NCBI RefSeq assembly: GCF_963976025.1
Contig: NZ_CAXBJS010000001.1
Location: 1 to 45,789 of the forward strand
Length of the DNA: 45,789 nucleotides
Direction of reading: 5' to 3'
Source of the DNA: an uncultured Arenimonas sp.
Lineage (GTDB): Bacteria; Pseudomonadota; Gammaproteobacteria; Xanthomonadales; Xanthomonadaceae
Part shown: positions 38,679 through 45,789 of the stretch, in pieces
Position numbering within the stretch: position 1 is the stretch's first letter
How the letters are laid out: every line of letters starts with the position of its first letter
Position numbers and translations under genes: made by a program
Notes under the pieces: generated by a model
Told to the model about the DNA's origin: nothing
The model's input: the letters and a program-made list of their open reading frames with translations, nothing else
The model's database searches: none

Positions 38679-40166
38679 ATGAGCGAACTGCAGGACCTGA
38701 CCTCGCTGGTGCGCGCCAACACGGCGCTGATCGTCATCGAGACCCCCGACGAGGCGCGCGTGGTGGACCTGTTCCGGCACCTGCTGATGAACGTCTGGCG
38801 GCCGCTGTACCACTGGTCGATCACCGAGGGCCTGCGCCGGGTCGACCTGGACGGCGAAGACCCGCCGCTCGCCTCGCCCGACGCCACCGGCACCCTGCGC
38901 GCCATCCGCGACCTCGACCAGCGCAGCATCTGCCTGCTGCTCGATTTCCACCCTTACCTCGGTTACGCCACCACCCAGCGCCTGCTGCGCGAAACCATGG
39001 AACGCCGCGGCAGCCTGGGCCACACCCTGGTGCTGGTGGGCGCGAAGATCGAACTTCCGCCCGACCTCGAGCACCACGCCGTGCGGTTTTCGCTGCGGCT
39101 GCCCGACGAAAACGCGCTGCTCAAGACCGTCAAGGACGAAGCTGCGCTGTACATGCGCGAACACGGCGGCAAGCGCGTCGAAGTCGACCAGGACGCGCTG
39201 AAGGCGATCGTGCGCAACCTGCGCGGCCTGTCGCTGACCGAAGCGCGGCGCCTGGCGCGGCACCTGATCTTCACCGACGGCGCGCTGCATGCCGGCGACC
39301 TGCCGGAGCTGGCCAAGCTCAAGTTCGAAATGCTGAACAAGTCCGGCCACCTGCATTTCGAATACGACACCGCGCAGTTCGCCGACGTCGCCGGGCTGGC
39401 GCGCCTGAAAGCCTGGGTGAACCAGCGCCGCGCCGCCTTCACCGCCGACAAGCTGCCGCCGGGCCTGGACCCGCCCAAGGGCATGCTGCTGCTGGGCGTG
39501 CAGGGCTGCGGCAAGTCGCTGGCGGCCAAGGCGGTGGCCGGTGGTTTCGGCGTGCCGCTGGTGCGGCTTGATTTTGGCACCCTGTACAACAAGTACCACG
39601 GCGAAACCGAAAAGAACCTGCGTGACGCGCTGGCCTCGGCCGAGCAGCTTTCGCCCTGCGTGCTGTGGATAGACGAACTCGAGAAGGGCCTGGCCGCCTC
39701 CGGCAGCAGCGAAGACGGCGGCGTGTCGCGCCGCGTACTGGGTTATTTCCTGACCTGGATGGCCGAACGCAAGTCCAAGGTGTTCCTGGTCGCCACCGCC
39801 AACGCAGTGAATGACCTGCCACCGGAGCTGCTGCGCAAGGGCCGCTTCGACGAAATCTTCTTCGTCGACCTGCCCGACCACGCCGCCCGCGCCGAGATCT
39901 TCCGCCTGCACCTGGAAAAACGCGAAGTGGACTGGGAAGGTTTTTCCCTGGACACCCTGGCCACCGCCGCCGACGGGTTTTCAGGCGCGGAAATCGAACA
40001 GGCCGTCGTCAGCGCACTTTATTCCGCCCACGCCGACGGCGTGCCGGTGGACGAAGCGCGCGTGGTCACCGAAGTCGGCGCCACCCGCCCGCTGAGCGTG
40101 CTGATGGCCGAACAGGTGAACGCCCTGCGCGCCTGGGCGAGCGGGCGTACCGTCCCCGCCGACTAG
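38679..40166 (+). CDS. AAA+ ATPase (Ycf46-like)
   Basis: GVQGCGKS, LWIDE, ATAN, PELLRKGRFDEIFFVDLP and FSGAEIE motifs. Confidence 0.9.
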   Translation: MSELQDLTSLVRANTALIVIETPDEARVVDLFRHLLMNVWRPLYHWSITEGLRRVDLDGEDPPLASPDATGTLRAIRDLDQRSICLLLDFHPYLGYATTQRLLRETMERRGSLGHTLVLVGAKIELPPDLEHHAVRFSLRLPDENALLKTVKDEAALYMREHGGKRVEVDQDALKAIVRNLRGLSLTEARRLARHLIFTDGALHAGDLPELAKLKFEMLNKSGHLHFEYDTAQFADVAGLARLKAWVNQRRAAFTADKLPPGLDPPKGMLLLGVQGCGKSLAAKAVAGGFGVPLVRLDFGTLYNKYHGETEKNLRDALASAEQLSPCVLWIDELEKGLAASGSSEDGGVSRRVLGYFLTWMAERKSKVFLVATANAVNDLPPELLRKGRFDEIFFVDLPDHAARAEIFRLHLEKREVDWEGFSLDTLATAADGFSGAEIEQAVVSALYSAHADGVPVDEARVVTEVGATRPLSVLMAEQVNALRAWASGRTVPAD

Positions 40167-40191
40167 TGCGCTCGATGTGGGAGGGGTTTTT

Positions 40192-41172
40192 CTACTTCGG
40201 TTGCCAGTCCGCGGGCGGCTCGAGGGAGCGCCCCGTCGCCTGCGCGGCATAACGCATGGCGGCGAACTCGCCTTCGCTGGCGAAAATTTCGTAGTACCGG
40301 CCCCATTGCCCGTCGTCGAGCTCACTGCCGAAGTTCGCGACGCTGGCAAGCAGCCACTTCGCTTCGCGCTCCAGTTCGCGCGCGCCTTGTTGCTCGGCTG
40401 GCGTGCCGATCTTTTTTATCAGGGCGACCCCGATGAGGCGGTCCAGGAGAACGGTGCTGCGTTCGGCCATGCGACTGGCCACGGCCACGCAGAGCGTGCG
40501 CCGATCGGCGTCATCCTTCTCGCAGGCCTGCATGAAGGGCTGATAGCCGGGGAGGACGACCGCGGCGGCGATGGCCATGGCCTGGACGCCCGGGGCGGCC
40601 TCGGGACCGTATTCGTTTTCCGGGTGCTGCCACAGGGCGTCCGGCACCTGGCTGTAGCGCGCATGCAGGGAGGCAAAGACAGGAACCAGGTCCGGGTCGA
40701 ACCTCGGCGCTGCGATGAGCTTTTCGCCGTGGGTGGCGAAGGCGTCCTCGTCGCCGCGCCTGGCCGCCATGCTCATCAGCACGAAGTGGTGGTAACCATT
40801 CTCTTTCGCGAGCCCGGCCAATCGTTCCCGGCTGTCGCTGCACTCACGGGCGTCCGCCCCCTTCTTCATGCAGTTGACGGTCGTATAGAGCCCCACGGGC
40901 ACTTCGTCCGCGGCCGAATCCACGCGCTGCGCAAGGTCGTCGCGCGCCTGTTCAAGGGATTTGCGCAGCTCCGGATCGAGCTCACGGCCCGGCGCGTCGG
41001 CCTCCAGGGCCAGGTCGATCATCGGGACCAGGTAGGCATCGGAAAGCAGGTCGCCGGGCGCGTTCGCGGCGGCCAGGTTCACCCTTACGTTCATGTCGGC
41101 ATTGCCGGGATCTTCTGCGCTTGCGGCAAAAGCGCAGCCCAGCATCAGCGGCAGCAGCAATCGAGTCTTCAC
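40192..41172 (-). CDS. Secreted hypothetical protein
   Basis: Signal peptide (KTRLLLPLMLGCAFAASA); GGAGAAGG RBS; GTG start; paired Cys; helical. Confidence 0.8.
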   Translation of the reverse strand: MKTRLLLPLMLGCAFAASAEDPGNADMNVRVNLAAANAPGDLLSDAYLVPMIDLALEADAPGRELDPELRKSLEQARDDLAQRVDSAADEVPVGLYTTVNCMKKGADARECSDSRERLAGLAKENGYHHFVLMSMAARRGDEDAFATHGEKLIAAPRFDPDLVPVFASLHARYSQVPDALWQHPENEYGPEAAPGVQAMAIAAAVVLPGYQPFMQACEKDDADRRTLCVAVASRMAERSTVLLDRLIGVALIKKIGTPAEQQGARELEREAKWLLASVANFGSELDDGQWGRYYEIFASEGEFAAMRYAAQATGRSLEPPADWQPK

Positions 41173-41215
41173 GGTGGCCTTCTCCGGTCTATTTTCCCTC
41201 CCACACAGGACCTGG

Positions 41216-42100
41216 TTACAGCTGAGTCAGCAACCACGCCCACGCAGGCAGCGTGGCGAGTGAAAGCAGGATGCCATAACCCACCAATGCCGATGCCAGG
41301 CTCGGCGCCAATCTGTGCGATATCGCTAACGCCGCGGCGGTGATCATCGGTGGCATCGCGGCTTCCAGAACGGCGGTGTCGGCGGCGACGGCATCCATCG
41401 GCAGCCAGGCCACCAGCAGCAGCGCCAGCACCGGCATCACCAGCAGTTTCAGCGCCAGGCCGGCCGCCAGCGGCCTGAGTTCGTCGCGCGGCAGCTTCAG
41501 CTTCAGGCCAAGGCCAATCGCCAGCACCACCAGCGGCAGCAGTGCATCGGCCAGGCGCTGCAGGCCACCGGCAATCCATTCCGGCGGATCGGCCAGGAAG
41601 GGCGGGAACGTGGCGATGCGCCGCGCGATGTCGCGCCAGGTGGGTTCGGCGTCGCCGCCGTAGCGTGCCAGCACGTACAGGCCGAAGGTCGAAAGAATGA
41701 GGAAGGCGCCGAACTGGTCGTAGATGACCGCGTACGGTAGCGCGTCTTCGCCCAGCAGCGCGCGCACCAGCGGGTAACCCAGGAAGCTGGTGTTGCCCAG
41801 CGCTACGCACAGCAGCAGCACCGCGTGCTGGTCGCGGCGCAGCTTCAGCAGCCGGGTCACGCCGGAAACGGCCAGCACGGTGGCGCCGAGCAGGGCCCAG
41901 GGCACCGCGGCCACCGCGATCACCTCGGGCCCCAGCTCCAGCCGCGGCGCGTAGCGCAGCACCGCCGCCGGCAGGCACACGTACAGCACGACCTTGTTCA
42001 GGACCTCCGGCGCGCTTTCCGGAAACAGGCGCAGGCGCTGGAACACCAGCCCCAGGGCCAGCATCGCCAGGATCAGCGCAAAGGCGTCGAAGGCAGCCAT
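41216..42100 (-). CDS. AEC (auxin efflux carrier) family transporter
   Basis: VLYVCLPA, GNTSFLGYP, KLLVMP and EAAMPPMIT motifs. Confidence 0.88.
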   Translation of the reverse strand: MAAFDAFALILAMLALGLVFQRLRLFPESAPEVLNKVVLYVCLPAAVLRYAPRLELGPEVIAVAAVPWALLGATVLAVSGVTRLLKLRRDQHAVLLLCVALGNTSFLGYPLVRALLGEDALPYAVIYDQFGAFLILSTFGLYVLARYGGDAEPTWRDIARRIATFPPFLADPPEWIAGGLQRLADALLPLVVLAIGLGLKLKLPRDELRPLAAGLALKLLVMPVLALLLVAWLPMDAVAADTAVLEAAMPPMITAAALAISHRLAPSLASALVGYGILLSLATLPAWAWLLTQL

Positions 42101-42112
42101 GCAGTGCGCCGG

Positions 42113-43936
42113 TCAGCCGGCGAGGGCAGCCTTTTCGCTGGCGATCCACTCGCGGATCTTGGTCTGCAGCACGCCCATCGGCAGCGCACCGTCGGCCAGC
42201 ACCTGGCGGTGGAAGGCGCGCACGTCGAAGTCGTCGCCCAGTTCGGCTTCGGCCTCTTCGCGCAGTTCGCGGATGACCCGCTGCCCGACCTTGTAGGAAA
42301 GCGCCTGGCCCGGCATCACGATGTAGCGCTCGACTTCGGCCACCACGTCGGACTCGGCCATGGACGAGTTCTGCATCATGTAATCGATGGCCTGCTCGCG
42401 GCTCCAGCCGTAGTAGTGCAGGCCGGTGTCCACCACCAGGCGCATGGCGCGCAGCTGTTCGTCGCTCAGGCGGCCGTACCACTGGTAGGGGTCGGTGAAC
42501 AGGCCCAGTTCCTTGCCCAGCGATTCGGCGTACAGCGCCCAGCCCTCGGCGTAGGCGGTGTAGCCGCCGAAGCGGCGGAAGGCCGGCAGCGATTCCAGTT
42601 CCTGCTGGATCGAGACCTGGAAGTGGTGGCCCGGCGAGGCTTCGTGGATGGACAGGGTTTCGACCAGGAAGTTGGGCTGGGCGCGAAGATTGAAGGTGTT
42701 GAGGTAGAACACGCCCGGCCGCGAACCATCCGGCGTGCCGGACATGTAGGACGCGCCGGCCGAGGATTCGGCGCGGAAGGCTTCGACTTCGCGCACTTCG
42801 TAATCGGCCTTGGGGAAGATGTCGAACAGCTGCGGCAGCGCCGGATTGATCTTCGCCTGCACGTCGCGATACGCCTGCAGCGCTTCTTCGGGCGTCTTGA
42901 AGTAGAAGCGGTCGTCGGTCTGCAGGTGGTCGAAGAAGGCCGGCAGGTCGCCTTCGAAGCCCACCTGTTCGCGCACCGCGTTCATTTCGGCCAGGATGCG
43001 CGCCACTTCGTCCAGGCCGAACTGGTGGATCTCTTCCGGCGACAGGCCGGTGGTGGTCTGGGTGCGCACGCTGTAGGCGTACCAGTCCTTGCCGTCGGGC
43101 AGGTGCATCATGCCCACGCCTTCGCGGGCGGCCGGCAGGTACTGGTCGCGCAGGAAATCACGCATGGCGGCGTACTCCGGCACCACGGTGTCCATGATCG
43201 CCGCGCGGTAGGCCGCGGTGAGCCGTTCGCGTTCTTCCGCCGGGAAGCTTTCCGGCATGGCCGAAATCGGCCCCCAGAACACGCTGTCCTCGGCACGTTC
43301 GACCACGTGCGCCGCGAACTGCGGGATGGACTTCTCGACCACGGGCCTGGGCTGCACCACGCCCGCGGACATGCCTTCGCGCATGTTGGCCATGGCGCTT
43401 CGGTTGATGGCCGGGAAAGCGGCGATGCGCGCCAGGAAGTCGTCGTAGTGCTTGACCTCACTGAAGGGCTGCAGGCTTTTTCCCGAACCCAGCTGGGCGA
43501 AGAAGCTGCCGTAGTTGCTCATCTGGTTCACCGGCAGCATCCAGGCCGGGAAGCGATTGCCTTCCAGCGACAGGGTGCGGTCGCTGATGAAGACGTCGTA
43601 GCTGAGCCGGTCCTGGCCGGCCAGGGCGTCGCGGTCAAGGCGCTGGATGCGATCGAGGAAGTCCCGTTCGCGCGCTTCGGACTGTTCGCGGAAGCTGGCC
43701 GAGAAAAAATCGGGCAGCTGGTCGTTGTAGCGCAGGTCGCCCAGGGCGGTGGCCATGATCGGGTTGGCCTTGAGCTGGGCCTCGTGCCAGTCGGCCAGCA
43801 AGGTGTTGAGCTCGGCGGCTACGGTGGCCGGGTCTGCGGCAGGTGCCTCGGCGGCAGGAGCGGCCCCGGGCGCGGATTCGCCGCTGCAGGCGGCAAGCAG
43901 TAACAGGCAGGACAAGCACAGGGCCAGGGCGCGCAT
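42113..43936 (-). CDS. DUF885 family lipoprotein
   Basis: Lipobox LAAC; HEASPGHH, EGWALYAE, RLVVDTGLH and PGQALSYK motifs. Confidence 0.9.
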   Translation of the reverse strand: MRALALCLSCLLLLAACSGESAPGAAPAAEAPAADPATVAAELNTLLADWHEAQLKANPIMATALGDLRYNDQLPDFFSASFREQSEARERDFLDRIQRLDRDALAGQDRLSYDVFISDRTLSLEGNRFPAWMLPVNQMSNYGSFFAQLGSGKSLQPFSEVKHYDDFLARIAAFPAINRSAMANMREGMSAGVVQPRPVVEKSIPQFAAHVVERAEDSVFWGPISAMPESFPAEERERLTAAYRAAIMDTVVPEYAAMRDFLRDQYLPAAREGVGMMHLPDGKDWYAYSVRTQTTTGLSPEEIHQFGLDEVARILAEMNAVREQVGFEGDLPAFFDHLQTDDRFYFKTPEEALQAYRDVQAKINPALPQLFDIFPKADYEVREVEAFRAESSAGASYMSGTPDGSRPGVFYLNTFNLRAQPNFLVETLSIHEASPGHHFQVSIQQELESLPAFRRFGGYTAYAEGWALYAESLGKELGLFTDPYQWYGRLSDEQLRAMRLVVDTGLHYYGWSREQAIDYMMQNSSMAESDVVAEVERYIVMPGQALSYKVGQRVIRELREEAEAELGDDFDVRAFHRQVLADGALPMGVLQTKIREWIASEKAALAG

Positions 43937-44004
43937 GACGTTTCCTTCGCTTTGTATCGGGGACAGTGCGCTATCTTCCCCCAGTCACCGCCCGGAGCCT
44001 ACCG

Positions 44005-45735
44005 ATGAAAGTCATGCCCGCCTCCCTGATGTGCTGCCTGGTCCTGCTGGCGGCGCCCGCTCCGGCCGCCGACCGCATCACCGGCCGCGATTTCGCCACG
44101 CGTTCGGTGGTCTACGCGCCCGAGGCCATGGCCGCCACTTCGCACCCGCTGGCCACCCAGATCGCGCTGGACGTGATGAAACAGGGCGGCAGCGCGGTGG
44201 ACGCCGCCATCGCCGCCAACGCGGCCCTGGGCCTGATGGAGCCCACGGGCAACGGCATCGGCGGCGACCTGTTCGCCATCGTCTGGGACCCGAAGACGCA
44301 GAAGCTGCACGGTTACAACGGCTCCGGGCGTTCGCCCAGGGGCCTGACGCTGAAGTGGTTCCAGGACAACGGCCATGAATCGGTGCCCTCGCACGGCCCG
44401 CTGCCGGTGACCGTGCCCGGCGCGGTGGACGGCTGGTTCGCGCTGCATGGCCGTTTCGGCAAACTGCCGATGAGTGAGGTGCTGGCGCCGACCGTGCGCT
44501 ACGCGCGCGAGGGCCACCCGGTGCACGACACCATCGCCTACTACTGGAACCGCAGCGTGCCGCTGCTGTCGAAGTGGCCGGGCTTCAGCGAACAGTTCAC
44601 CATCGACGGCCGCGCGCCGCGCACCGGTGAGCTGTGGAAGAACCCGAACCTGGCCAATACGCTCGAGACCATCGGCCGCGATGGCCGCGACGCCTTCTAC
44701 AAGGGTGACATCGCCCGCCGTATCGACGCCTACTTCCGCGAAAACGACGGCTTCCTGCGCTACGAGGACCTTGCCGCGCACGAAGGCGAGTGGGTCGAGC
44801 CGGCCAGCGCCAACTACCGCGGCGTCGATGTCTGGGAACTGCCGCCCAACGGCCAGGGCATCGCCGCGCTGCAGATCCTGGAGATACTGGAAGGCTTCGA
44901 CTTCTCGAAGATCGATTTCGGCAGCGCCGAACACGTGCACCTGTTTGTCGAAGCCAAGAAGCTGGCCTTCGCCGACCGTGCGCGCTGGTACGCCGATCCG
45001 GACTATTTTCCGGCGCGCGATGGCGACCGTGCAAAGGCGAAGGCCCTGGTCGGTGAACTCATCTCCGAAGAGTACGCCGCCAAGCGCCGCGCGCTGATCA
45101 ACCCGGACCGCGCCGCGAAATCCGTGGACGCCGGCATCCTGCAGCACGGCGACACCATCTACCTGACCACCGCGGACAAGGACGGCATGATGGTTTCGCT
45201 TATCCAGTCCAACTACCGCGGCATGGGCAGCGGCATGGCGACGCCGGGCCTGGGCTTCATCTTCCAGGACCGCGGCGAGCAGTTCGTGCTCAAGGCCGGC
45301 CACCCCAACAGCTTCGCGCCGGGCAAGCGGCCCTTCCACACCATCATCCCGGCCTTCATCACCAAGGATGGCAAGCCCTGGGTGAGCTTCGGCCTGATGG
45401 GCGGCGCGATGCAGCCGCAGGGCCACGCGCAGATCGTGATGAACCTGGTGGACTTCGGCATGAACCTGCAGGAGGCCGGCGACGCGCCGCGCATCCAGCA
45501 CGACGGCAGCACGGATCCGGCCGGCCAGGTGGCCGAGATGAACGACGGCGGCGTGCTGAACCTGGAAACCGGCTTCGACTACGAAACCATCCGCGCCCTG
45601 ATGCGCAAGGGCCACACCATCGAATTCGCCGACGGCCCCTACGGCGGCTACCAGGCGATTGCGCGCGATCCGGAAACCGGCGTGTATGCCGGTGCGTCCG
45701 AGAGCCGCAAGGACGGGCAGGCCGCGGGCTACTAG
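44005..45735 (+). CDS. ggt: Gamma-glutamyltransferase
   Basis: Signal peptide; GGSAVDAAIA, GIGGD, VPG, the catalytic Thr in GDTIY, PGKRPFHT and MGGAMQPQGH. Confidence 0.93.
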   Translation: MKVMPASLMCCLVLLAAPAPAADRITGRDFATRSVVYAPEAMAATSHPLATQIALDVMKQGGSAVDAAIAANAALGLMEPTGNGIGGDLFAIVWDPKTQKLHGYNGSGRSPRGLTLKWFQDNGHESVPSHGPLPVTVPGAVDGWFALHGRFGKLPMSEVLAPTVRYAREGHPVHDTIAYYWNRSVPLLSKWPGFSEQFTIDGRAPRTGELWKNPNLANTLETIGRDGRDAFYKGDIARRIDAYFRENDGFLRYEDLAAHEGEWVEPASANYRGVDVWELPPNGQGIAALQILEILEGFDFSKIDFGSAEHVHLFVEAKKLAFADRARWYADPDYFPARDGDRAKAKALVGELISEEYAAKRRALINPDRAAKSVDAGILQHGDTIYLTTADKDGMMVSLIQSNYRGMGSGMATPGLGFIFQDRGEQFVLKAGHPNSFAPGKRPFHTIIPAFITKDGKPWVSFGLMGGAMQPQGHAQIVMNLVDFGMNLQEAGDAPRIQHDGSTDPAGQVAEMNDGGVLNLETGFDYETIRALMRKGHTIEFADGPYGGYQAIARDPETGVYAGASESRKDGQAAGY

Positions 45736-45752
45736 CGCGACCTGCAGGAGCC

Positions 45753-45789
45753 GAAAAAAAACGGGGCCCGCGAGGGCCCCGTTTCTTTT
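45753..45789. terminator. Bidirectional rho-independent terminator
   Basis: A-tract, stem ACGGGGCCC-GCGA-GGGCCCCGT, then a T-tract. Confidence 0.9.

Noticed and set aside
1-45789. CRISPR arrays, tRNA/rRNA genes, transposases, integrases
   Set aside because: None recognised. Intergenic spaces are short, and I saw no repeat-spacer pattern or recombinase motifs.

Overview
GC-rich gammaproteobacterial chromosome segment; the gene set and REP type suggest Lysobacteraceae/Xanthomonadaceae (Arenimonas/Lysobacter-like, by inference). The backbone is nitrogen assimilation (glnA with a sigma54 promoter and NtrC box, ntrB, ntrC, gltBD, ggt) plus envelope and lipid genes (PlpD-like patatin, GT2/asnB, uppP, PLD, PlsC-like). 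The standout feature is a 3.3-kb three-gene operon on the opposite strand between ntrB and ntrC. It encodes a TIR-TM-TPR protein that keeps the putative catalytic Glu, followed by two paralogous small beta-rich proteins that end in an identical DPKIKPGGSTNR tail. This is a candidate undescribed TIR signalling or defence system. Also noted: an NtrC box at the ntrC/TIR divergent junction, a second block separating glnA from ntrB, a frameshifted sodC, a REP doublet, and a secreted-protein gene flanked by inverted REP-end half-sites.
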